DNA of 64,000 bases from a virus (taxonomy: Duplodnaviria; Caudoviricetes). This document shows, one piece after another, positions 46,940-58,000 of this stretch. The DNA lies in the IMG/VR virus record IMGVR_UViG_3300035520_001075, positions 32,001-96,000 of that record; one strand, 5' to 3'. Numbering within the stretch: position 1 is the stretch's first letter; the number at the start of each line of letters is the position of its first letter. A program made the translations under genes and the position numbers. The notes under the pieces were generated by a model that worked only from the letters and a program-made list of their open reading frames with translations, searched no databases and was not told the DNA's origin.

Positions 46940-49900
46940 TCACTCCTTTATTAAATCAATAGCAAAATCTCCCTCACCTAAATCAATACCCTTAACTCCA
47001 ACGGCTGTTCTTGATAAAGGTCTTAATTCAGAAGTTGAAAATTTAATGCATTTCTTATTTACTATAATAATTATATCACAATCTGTTGAAATAGCCAAGC
47101 ACTTTATTATTTTATCATTGTCTTTTACATCAGATATTCGCTTACCTTTAATTCCTCGATTACAAGTTGGAAAATCATTAAGACTTGCTTTTTTAATTAT
47201 TCCTTCTTTTGAGAGGGTTATTAGATATTTGTCTGTTTCTTCAACTAAATGAGCATCAATTATAAAATCGTTCGTAGCCAAATTCATTGCTTTTACACCA
47301 GCGGCCACTCTGCCAATAGCATTAATTTCTGTTGAGTTAATTATTATATAGTTGCCATTATTAGATAATATTCCCATTCGTTCGTTATCTAAAAATAGAA
47401 CTTTTACAACTTCATCATCTTCTTTGAGATTAATTGCTTTGATAGACTTTCCTCTACGAATATTATATTCTTTCGCCTCGGTTTTCTTTATTAAGCCTTT
47501 TTTAGTTAGGAATACATAATATTTCTTAGAGTCTTTCTTATTAAATGATGTAATTGCAGTTGGGCGTTCATCACCATTAAAGTCAAATAATTGATTTATA
47601 TTAATTCTACCATTAATTGGCAAATCGTCTATTGAAAGATGATACATTTGACCTTTATTGGAGAATACTAATAGAGAATTAAAGTTGTCATCTCTAATTG
47701 TTTTAATAATTGCTTCATTATTAGCTAACTTAATTTTCTTACCTGAGCCGCCACGTTTTGAAGTTAAAAGAGTTGTAGTTTCTTGGGTGTAGATATTACC
47801 AAGATTTGTATAGTGGATTAAGAGCTCTTTCTTTTCAATTGGTTCTGCATCTTCTTCTTCGGAAGTAAAGTCGAGATTTATGCATTTGGTTTTTCTTTCA
47901 TCTCCATATTTATTTTTAATTCTTAAAATTTCGTCTATAACAATTTTTTTAAATTTATTCTCATTTGTAAGAATAATATTAATATCATTAATATTATTAT
48001 TCAATTCAGCTCTTTCATCAATTAATTTTTGTAATTCTAAATTAGCAAGTCTTGAAAGTTTTAAATTTAAAATTGCTTGACTTTGCTCTTCTGATAAATT
48101 AAAATTTTCTTGTAATTTTATTTTTGCAAGAGATGTTGAAGGGGATGACTTAATAATTTTAACTACTTCCTCAATATTCTGAATAGCGATAATCAATCCA
48201 TCTACAATATGAAGTCTTTGTTTTAATTTCTTTAAGTCAAATTCATATGATTTTCTAAGGACGTTGCAAAGATGTTCCAAGTATGTTTCCATCATTTCTT
48301 TCCATGTAAAACACTTAGGATATTTCCCATCCGCGAGCATATTCATATTGATTCCATAGCTACCCTGTAGTAAAGTGTGCTTATATAATAATTTAGTAAT
48401 TCTGTTTACATTAGCGTTCTTTGATAATTTTATAACTATTTTTACTCCGTCAAGGTCTGTTCCGTCAAATACGCTTTCAATACCATAAATTTTCCCTTCA
48501 TCTATTGCATTCTGTATAGAAACTGTAGCATTAGAAGAAAATACCATATAAGGAAGATTGGTTGCTATTAATTCATTTGCATCTTCATCATATACCATAT
48601 CTGCTCTAATAATAGCAGCCTTTCCAGTTCCTCTTTTATGACTTTCTTTAACTTCTTCGGAATTAATTATAGTTCCTCCTGTCGGAAAATCAATTGGACA
48701 GTAAATTTCATCAAAATCAATCTCAGGATTATTTAATAATTTTATTAAAGCATCTGAAACCTCATTTAAATTATGAGAAGGAATAGAAGAAGCTAAACTT
48801 ACTCCAATTCCAAAGTTTCCATTCACTAAACTATTTGGAAAAGTTGTTGGGAAATAAGTTGGATATTCTTCTTCTTCCGTATAATTAAGTTTCCATTTAT
48901 CAATAGTTTCCTTTTGTAGCAAATTCGTCATTTCATCTGCAATTTCGCCGCTTCTCATCTCAAGATATCTATCTGCTGCATAATCATTGTTGTGCATTAA
49001 ACTGCCATTATTTCCATGAGTATCAATTAAAGGATAACGCAAAGAAAAGTCTTGACTCATTCTTACAGCATTTCCATAAATACTTGCATCCATATTATTC
49101 CCACATTTCTGTAGGTATCGACTATATCTTATCTATAAAATAGAAATACCCATTTCAGAGAAAATAGTTCTCTTACTCCTTCGTTCCAAGGATAGTCTGT
49201 ACAGGTTTTAATTTATTTCTTTATAGGTTTTTCTTGTTAGCATTTGCCTAAAAGCACTATAAGAGCATTGTATATTATATTTATCATAAAGTATTTTTGA
49301 CTGATGTCCATTATTGTTATACTCTTCTCGATACTGCTTGACTTCATCATCTGAGAATATTCTTCTAGCCCCTTTTTGCTTAAAAACTCTAATTGGATAG
49401 GACATATTCTCGTGCTTATAAGTAATACCATGATTAATTTCAGAAATAGCATTAAAGCAAATATTATATCTTTTAGCTATCTCTCTATCACTTAAAATAT
49501 TTTCTTTTAATAATTTATATATTTCTAATACTTGCTCTTCTGATAACTTTGCCCGAGAAGCTTTTTCTCCTCTGGCAACTTTGCAAACTTTTTTCACCGT
49601 ATTATATAACAAATTTTTATCATATTTATTAATTTCCTCTTGCTCTTTTTCTTCCAGTTCAGAAAGTTTACATTCACAGAGAATTTCAAAAGTAAAATTA
49701 TCAATACCAAAAGTATACATATCATTATATAATTTATTAATTCTTTTATCATTATAAGTTTTACCAAATCTAAAATGATATTCTTTTCTATCTTCTATAT
49801 GAGAAGAGCTTCCTATGTAAACCATATTATTTAAAAGATTAGTTATTTTATAAATTCCAACCATTTTTTCACCTCCTTTATTTTAGTACAAAAAAGAAAT

Positions 49901-50235
49901 AAATTAATTCCCACGGGATTAGCATAGAAACCCTTAGCTTTCCCCGTTAGCTTTTACACCCTCATTACTGAGAAAAGGTATAACAGGCAATATTATTTAC
50001 CATGTGGACTGAACATCATTGCTGCTGATTTTGTAGCTGTGGCTTTTCTTCTTTTGTTCTTAAAAGTATTCTTATTTTTATACTGAGCGTATAAAATAAA
50101 ACGTGCTCCTGTTTTTAATCCATCTCTTGCATCTGGTAATGCTCTTGTTTGAATTACATACGATGCATAAGGAACATAAAAATTAGGAAGAGCATCAGAT
50201 ACTTCTAATTCTCCATCTATAACAATTTCTCTCAT
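46940..50235 (-). CDS. gyrA: Type IIA topoisomerase subunit A (gyrase A-like; spliced, 795 aa)
   Basis: RALPDARDGLK in exon 50235-49999, joining exon 49090-46940 as SPHG|DASIY. Catalytic AADRY, PDF-like IDFPTGG, and C-terminal beta-pinwheel repeats. Confidence 0.9.
49091..49998 (-). mobile_element. Group I intron in gyrA carrying a GIY-YIG gene
   Basis: GCTAACGGGG...AATCCCGTGGG before the ORF, GTACAGACTA and AAGATATAGTC after it. Terminal G at 49091. Removal restores PHGD. Confidence 0.85.
49208..49864 (-). CDS. GIY-YIG homing endonuclease (intron-encoded)
   Basis: MVGIYKITNLLNNMVYIGSS and LYN motifs, with a C-terminal HTH. RBS AAGGAGG. Confidence 0.88.
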   Translation of the reverse strand: MVGIYKITNLLNNMVYIGSSSHIEDRKEYHFRFGKTYNDKRINKLYNDMYTFGIDNFTFEILCECKLSELEEKEQEEINKYDKNLLYNTVKKVCKVARGEKASRAKLSEEQVLEIYKLLKENILSDREIAKRYNICFNAISEINHGITYKHENMSYPIRVFKQKGARRIFSDDEVKQYREEYNNNGHQSKILYDKYNIQCSYSAFRQMLTRKTYKEIN

Positions 50236-50265
50236 ATAATCACTCCTTTTTTTTACTATATATTT

Positions 50266-50294
50266 ATTATATCATAATTATAACAAAAAGTCAA
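50266..50294 (-). promoter_or_regulatory. SigmaA-type promoter of gyrA
   Basis: TTGACT-17-TATAAT. Confidence 0.75.
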
Positions 50295-50297
50295 ATA

Positions 50298-52393
50298 TTA
50301 ATCAAGGGCATCAAAGTCTGCATTTTTACTAATATATTTTTTACGTTCTTCAATATTTTCTCCGAGCAATACATCAAAATAATAATTTGCTTTTTCCGCA
50401 TCTTCAAAACTAAAAGGAATATATCTGCCTTTTTCTGAGAAAAGTGTATTCTTAAAATCTTCTGGTTCAAGCTCACCAATTCCTTTTGCTCTTAAAATAT
50501 CACCATCTGGCAATGATTCAAGTTCTTTTTCTGTATACGCATAATAAATTTTATTCTGCTTAGTGGTGACTTTAAACAATGGTGTTTGTCCCCAAAATAT
50601 CTTTTTTTGTCTTAATAATTCTGGATAATATTTATACATAAAAGCCAGTAGCAAACACATGATTGAGTAACCATCTTCGTCTGCGTCGCATACAAAGACA
50701 ATTCTTCCATATCTCATTTTTTTCATATTAAAATTATGATTAAAGCCTGCTCCAATAGCAGTATGAAGATTTTTTAAAACTTCATTTGAGAATTGCTCAT
50801 CTTCTGTACTTTTTAATACATTAAGGATTTTACCAGTTAATGGAAAGGCGGCTGTATAATCACTATTTCTTGATTTTACTATGCCTCCAAGGGCTGACAA
50901 TCCCTCCACTACGATTAGTTGAGATTTTTCATCATGATATCTACAGTCAGCAAGTTTACCAGCTAAAACAGTCTTCTTTCTTAATTCTTTACTGATTTCA
51001 CTATCTTGCTTTAAAGCATTTTCTCTTGCTCTATCCGCTGCTTTTTCAGCCTTCTCAAATCTACTCATCATCTCAATAATATTACTACATTCTGGAATTC
51101 TTGAAAATTCTTCTAAGCCCTCTTTTAGAGCTTTAGTCGTTAGAGTTCCTAAAGAAGGATTTAAAATATTATTTTTTGTTTGATTAGAAAATGAAGGCTC
51201 TCTAACCTTACAATTAATAGCATAAACCAATCCTCGTCTTATTGATTCTGGAGAAAAAGATTGATTACTAATTTTCTTAATTGAATTTGTAAAAGTTCTT
51301 TTTGCCGCAGTTATAGGAGAGCCGCCAGAGCAACAATAGAGTCCATTTGCAAAAACATAACTATTTTCTGTTCCACCTGTCCAAAGAAAAGCAACTTCTA
51401 CTTCATCAATTCCATCAGTAGCGGAACAAATAATTGGCTTTTTCATTAAAGGCTTCTTTGCAATATCTACTATGAAATCTGCAATTCCATGTTCTGAATA
51501 GAATTCTTTTTTCTTTATTTCTTTATTATTATCATCAACTGCAGTAATATTAAAATAAATACCTTTATTGAGATAAGCAATGTTCTTAATTTCATCACAA
51601 ATTCTATCAAAAGAAAAATTCTCTGTGGTATTAATAAAGACTTCACTATCTGGTTTAAAAGTAATTGTAGTACCAGTTGGAAGAGTTGTTGACTCTTCTT
51701 TATATTCCATTAGTATACCTTGTTTAAATTTTGCTGTCGCCGCCGTCCCATCTCGTCTACTTTGAACAGTAAACTCATAAGAAGACATACAAACAGCTGT
51801 TCCTCCAATCTTACTATTCAGCAATACTCATTAATTTATTGCTCGTTAATAACCGCTTATAGTTTCCTATAAGAATAGACTATATCTTCTGTGGATTCTT
51901 TTTCGAGTTATTTAACTCTACTCTACTTTGATATTATTGATATCATTTCGATAGTCGTTGAACATTCCCCAACTTGTTATTACAGGGGCTTTGCTGCTGA
52001 TTCTCTTTTAAGAGTTCCAGCAATTAAAAATCTTTTATAACGGCTATGGTATTAACCGTTTAAACCACTACTATTTTTATAAGAATTTTTATCAAATTTA
52101 CCGCCAGTATGGGCTTCTGTAAAAATAGCAACAAGAGTATTATGTCCATTTTCGCAAGAGAATGGAATTCCACGTCCTTCATCTGTTATGCTAACATATC
52201 CGCTATTTTCATTAATCTGGATATCAATTTTATTTCCATATCCAGCCAAAGCTTCATCAGTAGAGTTATTAATAATTTCTTTTAAAGCTTGATACATTCC
52301 TTCTAAATCTGCACTGCCTAAATACATAGGAATCTTTTCTCGCATTGCTTCACGAGTATCAAGATGTCTAATACTATCTGCATTATAACTCAA
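50298..52393 (-). CDS. gyrB: Type IIA topoisomerase subunit B (gyrase B-like; spliced, 616 aa)
   Basis: EIINNSTDE, DEGRGIP and HTGGKF in exon 52393-52055, joining exon 51809-50298 as SGLNG|IGG. TOPRIM motifs VEGLSA, PLTGKILN and DADEDG. Confidence 0.9.
51810..52054 (-). mobile_element. Group I intron in gyrB (no ORF, 245 nt)
   Basis: P1: exon AACGGT pairs with GCCGTT. Core AATTGCTGG, AATCAGCAGC, GTTCAACGACTA and AAGATATAGTCT. Terminal G at 51810. Confidence 0.87.
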
Positions 52394-52425
52394 TTAACTT
52401 CACTCCTTTTTTATTTTCTATTATA

Positions 52426-52470
52426 ATTATATCACAATCTAAATAAAAAGTCAAGATTTTTAATCTTGAC
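52426..52470 (-). promoter_or_regulatory. Terminator hairpin fused to the gyrB promoter
   Basis: GTCAAGATT-AAA-AATCTTGAC-TTTTT, with TTGACT-17-TATAAT. Confidence 0.75.
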
Positions 52471-52474
52471 CATT

Positions 52475-53002
52475 TTAATCTTCTATTAATTCTTTAAAAA
52501 TTAAATCTTTAGGTAAAAAATCTTTACAAACATAAATACTTGCAAAACTAATTCCTTTTAAAACCTCTTTAGTTTCCCAATCGTTAAAAAAGTTAATTCT
52601 TTTATCAAAAATTAGTGCTTGACAGCCTTCTAAATATTTAAACCTTTTTCTCCCTTGTAATGAAGAAAGCGGCAATAAAATAGCGAAAGGCTTATTTAAT
52701 TCATATAATCTTCTAAGCACTTCATCTTTTAGAGAAAACGGAGCATTAGAGATAATACAGTCATATTCCTCCTCGGGCTCATATTTAAAGAAATCTTGTC
52801 CATTATCAATATGAGAATTAATAACCTTAAATCCTTTTGCCCTTAAAAGTTGAACATACTCACTTTGCTCCATATCAAAAGGACACCAAATTACAGAATT
52901 GGGCTTAATATATTCTATAATTGGTTTAACCGCATATGCAGGAGTATATTGTTCATCAGATTCTTTGGTTCTTTCTCTTTTTATATAACCCACATTAGCC
53001 AT
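52475..53002 (-). CDS. Small phage adenine methyltransferase-like protein
   Basis: Motifs SDEQYTP, IWCPFD, GQDFF, and ISNAPFS (NPPF variant). Confidence 0.65.
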   Translation of the reverse strand: MANVGYIKRERTKESDEQYTPAYAVKPIIEYIKPNSVIWCPFDMEQSEYVQLLRAKGFKVINSHIDNGQDFFKYEPEEEYDCIISNAPFSLKDEVLRRLYELNKPFAILLPLSSLQGRKRFKYLEGCQALIFDKRINFFNDWETKEVLKGISFASIYVCKDFLPKDLIFKELIED

Positions 53003-53556
53003 TAATCTTCTCCTTTCTCCTTGAAATACTCATCACTTATGAAATACTCATCACTTATATTAAAATAGCCAATTACATCTCTACTTTCATTTATTATAGG
53101 GTGAATGGCTTTCTGATTAGTGCTGCCTCGATAGTCTAATCCTTTAGTCGGCTTTGTTTTATCATATCTACCCTCAATTAATATACTTATAATTGATAAC
53201 AAATGCATATATTTTTCTTTACCCCAAATTTCTTTTAAAGTATATCCAGTATAAACAATTATAGTAATGCCAGGAACATTCTTATAAATCTGTCTACATA
53301 ATTTAATAGTATCGTCTATATTTTTTGGATGCAAGGGGTCGCCGCCGCTTAGTACAAAATTTTTAATATGAGTGTTTTTTAAAGATTCAATAATTTCTTG
53401 GATTTTATCTTGTGTTAATTCTTTCCCACTATCAAAACTCCAAGTTTCCTTATTAAAACAATCTTCACAATGATGCTCACAACCGCTAATCCAAAGAACT
53501 GTTGATAGTCCTCTGGCATTTGCAGTATCAAAATAATTAATTTTTTGATAGTTCAT
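53002..53556 (-). CDS. nrdG: Anaerobic ribonucleotide reductase activase
   Basis: Radical SAM motif GCEHHCEDCFN, plus LSGGDPL, VYTGY and RGSTNQ. Confidence 0.9.
   Translation of the reverse strand: MNYQKINYFDTANARGLSTVLWISGCEHHCEDCFNKETWSFDSGKELTQDKIQEIIESLKNTHIKNFVLSGGDPLHPKNIDDTIKLCRQIYKNVPGITIIVYTGYTLKEIWGKEKYMHLLSIISILIEGRYDKTKPTKGLDYRGSTNQKAIHPIINESRDVIGYFNISDEYFISDEYFKEKGED
53023..53058. repeat. Perfect 18-bp tandem duplication (ISDEYF twice) near the nrdG 3' end
   Basis: GAAATACTCATCACTTAT occurs twice in tandem. Confidence 0.9.
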
Positions 53557-53986
53557 TCTTATTCACCTTTAATTTCTTATTTCTTTCATAAATGTTTTCA
53601 TTGTTTTCCGCCCATAAAATATCTCTTTTATCTGGATAAAGACGTGCATCATCATCAAATAAAGTTCTCCATCTATCATCAAGAAAATATTCTAGCTGAT
53701 AGATTTTTCTTTTTAAAATGTAGATTTTATTTGGGTCAGTTTCTTCTTCTAAACAACGATTATAATACTCATAATCTCTTTCAATAATTGCTGGTAGATT
53801 TTTATCAAATACCTTGTGATTTTTTGCTAAGTACTTGGAATCCTTTAATATCTTGTTCCAAAATTTTACACCAAATGGACTATCATAATCATGAATTCGC
53901 TGGTTTTCCTTTACCAAATTTTTAATTACGTTCTTACGAACACGCTTAACTGGCTTCTTCGGGCCTTTCTTTTTCTGCTGTTCCAT
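53537..53986 (-). CDS. Basic hypothetical protein
   Basis: RBS AAGGAGG, 149 aa. Confidence 0.7.
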   Translation of the reverse strand: MEQQKKKGPKKPVKRVRKNVIKNLVKENQRIHDYDSPFGVKFWNKILKDSKYLAKNHKVFDKNLPAIIERDYEYYNRCLEEETDPNKIYILKRKIYQLEYFLDDRWRTLFDDDARLYPDKRDILWAENNENIYERNKKLKVNKNELSKN

Positions 53987-54202
53987 TTTAATTTCCTCCT
54001 TAGTTTTTATTTTATTATATCATATTTTAAATAAAAAATTAAGTTATTTTATTATATTCCTCTTTATAATTTTTTAATTTATTAAAAACTCTACTTTTGT
54101 CTGTCTTTATGAATTGTGATATACGTAGGACTAACATTCCTTAAATCTTTTTTTTAAAAATTAAGTAAAAGATATATAATCTTTTACTATCTTTTTTATT
54201 GA

Positions 54203-54553
54203 TTAAAATAAAAGATTATTAAAAAAAAGAAATAAATGTGCTGTATTTTTCATTGTAATTTCAAATATTTCTCCTTCAGAACCTATGCCAGTTTGAAGAA
54301 GAATAGAATAGTCTGGCTTGCTTTTATCAAATCCTAAATTTGACTCATAAAAAATTTTATTCAAATAAGGAACTATACTTTTTTTACTATAATCCTCTCT
54401 TTCTTCTTGCGATGTAAAATAATCAGAATATTTTACTGGAGAAAAAGTTAAATAATATCCCAAAAATTCTATTAGTTCCTTTCTCTTTTGTTCATTTTCC
54501 TCTTCAAGAATATCATTAAATATCCTATCAAATTCAAAATAATTATACAACAA
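54203..54553 (-). CDS. Hypothetical protein
   Basis: RBS AAGGAGG, TTG start, own promoter at 54587-54615 (TTGACT-17-TATAAT). Confidence 0.6.
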   Translation of the reverse strand: MLYNYFEFDRIFNDILEEENEQKRKELIEFLGYYLTFSPVKYSDYFTSQEEREDYSKKSIVPYLNKIFYESNLGFDKSKPDYSILLQTGIGSEGEIFEITMKNTAHLFLFFNNLLF

Positions 54554-54621
54554 TTCAGTTTCCTCCTTAGTTTTTATTATACTAATATTATATCATAACT
54601 TTAATAAAAAGTCAAATATTA

Positions 54622-55038
54622 TTAAATCTCTATTTGAAAGTCTTCATATCCTTTTACTTCTTTTGGACTTTTACTAATTAATTCCTTTAAATTAATTATT
54701 TCTGGTCTACTAAGTCCGCCTGCATTACACATCGGAATGGCTATTTCTTTGAAATAATCATCATCATCAATTTCATTATCCCATAGCATCAGGTGGCTGC
54801 GAAATCCTCTTGCATTCAAAGCTTCATATGAAAGAATTTGAAGCCTATTTTCTGAATATTTATAAATAAATTGTGAAACTTGTTCACAACGTTGAGTCAA
54901 AACATATTCTTTTTCAAGATAACTTTTAGTTTGTTTTACTCTTTGTAAATTTTTACAGACTATAGCTAAATTATAACCAATATTATGATGATATGATAGT
55001 AGTAAGTCTACTATCATATCAATTTTTTTATCTTTCAT
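54622..55038 (-). CDS. Hypothetical protein
   Basis: Starts 3 nt after the spliced nrdD stop, 138 aa. Confidence 0.65.
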   Translation of the reverse strand: MKDKKIDMIVDLLLSYHHNIGYNLAIVCKNLQRVKQTKSYLEKEYVLTQRCEQVSQFIYKYSENRLQILSYEALNARGFRSHLMLWDNEIDDDDYFKEIAIPMCNAGGLSRPEIINLKELISKSPKEVKGYEDFQIEI

Positions 55039-55040
55039 TT

Positions 55041-58000
55041 TTAATTTTCCTCAAAATTTAAATGTTTACATCTAAAATAAACGTCTTCTGACCTTCCTCT
55101 ATTCGGCGTGTAATTACTAATATCATTACTACCCTCAGTTTCCCGATATTTATTAGGGTTTAGACTATACCTTCATTATTATAATAATGTCGCTATTATA
55201 GTCGTTGAACGTCTCTCCTTTTCTTAAAAAGGAGATTTCGCTGCGTTTGGTTATCCAATCCTTAATGATTTTACTATACCAATCCCATTACTGATTGCCA
55301 TTATAATATTACTATTATAATTTAGTTATTAAGGCTCTAAGGACTTTCCCGCAGTTTAAGCGATTTAAAGTGACCTATTAGTTAAGCCACATATTCTATA
55401 GCTTGTTCTAACTTTTTCTGGGTCTTTTTCTCCACATTTTGGACATTGCCAGCGAATAGTTCCATCTTCCACCAAAATCTTCTTAAAATCATACCCTTCA
55501 AAGCCACAGGTCTTGCAGGAAGAAATTTCTGAGTTAATTTCTGAATATAAACAATTTTCTCCAATAAAATTAATTATTTGTAAAATTCCTTCGATATTAT
55601 TGCTCATATTAGGAACTTCCACATATGAGATTGAACCCGATGTGGTTTTATCGCTAAATTGTTCTTCATCTAAAAGTTTTGTAAAAGCATCTACTTTATC
55701 TCTTACGTGATGATGATAAGAATTAGTAAGAAAATGACTCTGAGTTCCATCGCCAATTTGACCAAAATTCTTAATACAAGCTTCTGCAAAATCATCTGTT
55801 GTTGATTCCATCATTTAATACCCTCGGTTTCCCGATATTTATTAAGGGGATTAGACTATATCTTCTTCCTTTAAAAAGGAAGCTCTACATTTCGATTTTT
55901 TGATATTATCTCATCTACATTTCGCCCTATTATTAAGCCTACTCGGTTCAGTTTTATAACTGCCTTTCCCTAGTCGTTAGACTTTTATTATTTTACTTAT
56001 TTACTTGATACTTTTAAAATTCTATTTTGTCATTTTATTTTTACTTCTTTTTTTTGTATTATTAATCATAAATAAGTAAAATAAATTTAGTACGGTATTA
56101 CCTCTATCCAAAGGACTTAGGCTCTCTTACCAGCTTATTATTAGTATTCAGCTATGACCGTTTAGTAGAGTTCGCATTAACAATTACTCATTAATGCCCC
56201 ATGTATATCTAGGAGTCCCATATAATCCTGCGGCAAGACCTGTTGTGGCTGTCAACTCGTCGTTCCTCTGATTCATATAATCAATAATTTTATGAGCTAA
56301 TTTATTACCTTTTTCACCGAATTGGTCTTCATCACAAATATAATAAACAGCTTCTCGCAGGCCCGCATAGCCCAAAGAAATTGAAAAATATTGATTATAC
56401 ACATATTTTTCAAGAGTCTCTTCTGGGTCAAGTCTTAGAATTCCGCCGTAAACAAAATGAAGAGGATTATCTTTTGCTTTTATTTTAGCTATATGATTAG
56501 CTCTCCATAACATATCTCTTTGAGCAATGTCAATATAATGAGATAAATTTTCAAATAATATTTTTTCGTCTTTATTAGGATTATTTTCCATTGCAATATA
56601 CGGAAGATTTAATGTCTGAACGCCGAGGTTTCCACGTCCAAAAACCACGTAATTACCATCTTCGTCTTGCCATGGATTTAACATACTTCTACACGTATTA
56701 TCCTTTATCGCTAAAGGTACTGACTATATTATCTATCACTTTTGATAGTCTTCTGCTTCGAGAAAAATCTCTACTCGGCTACATTCATCACCGATAGTCG
56801 ATACACCTATTAATTGGCACGGTCTCAACAATTAATGCCCTAACCGTTTTCAAAAGATTTTAAATGGGCTATAGTATTCGCTTACCCATTGGACAAGTTG
56901 GAACTTTTTTAAGCTCTCTATGTTTTTTAACACTTAAATAATCTGGAACTAATCTTTTAGCGCTACATTCTGCACAAAGCTTAGTAGTATTATAATATTT
57001 TCCGCCTTCCATAGTATTTTTATCAAGAAAATATAGAATTTTTGGAAAATTAGGATTTAAATAAGTTCCATCTTCTTGTCGCATTCCCTGTATTCTTTGT
57101 CTAATCATTTCTTCAAAAACAAGAATTAAATCTTCAGAATATTCTTCATCTTCACTAAGCCAACAACCAACACTTAAAAAGGCCGCCTGACCAGTTCCCG
57201 AACAAAGAGTATTTGTTTGATACAAGAATGTTTGAATTCCATCTTTAATTTCTTTCTTTAGTCTTTTTTCAGTAATTCTATTAATATCTTTTTCATTAGC
57301 AATTCCAACAGATTCTAACTCTTCAGCGACTTCTTTTTTAATTTTTTCTCTGCTAACACGAACAAATTTTGCTAAATGAAGTAAATTAATCGTTATACCT
57401 CCATATTGCGAGCTTGTTGCATGGGTCAGAGCCTGACTTGCTACTGTACAAGCTGTTTTAAAAGATTTTGGAGTTTCAATATAAATTCCATTAATATTAC
57501 AACCTTTAAACATCTCTTCTAAATTCCAATTGCAGCAGTTAAACATGGCTCGGGCACTATAAGAAAAATCATGGAATTTAACCACGCATCTATCATGAGC
57601 ATCTAAACAATCTTTTGGTAGTAATTTTCTCATCATTTCTTTACTTGGAATTTCCGCAAGATAGGCATTTTTAATATGAACTAAATGAGGATTTTTATTA
57701 CCATTTTCATGCTCAATTTCTGGATTAACATAAAGAACTTTCTCAATTTCTGTGGGGTTCTTTATTGCTCTCTCCTTATCCATCTTATAAGCACTATATT
57801 CTCTTGCTACATCTGGAACTTCACTATAGAGAACGCTCATAACAAAATTTTCAATTCTTTCAACTTCAATTTCATCCTTCTTATTATTTTTGGCTTCTTT
57901 CTGTACCAAAATGTTAACTACATTAACCAAATCATTAATTTTATTAAAGTCTGGATAACCAATCTGATTCCAAGCTTGAGTTATTGCGTGCTGAATTTTA

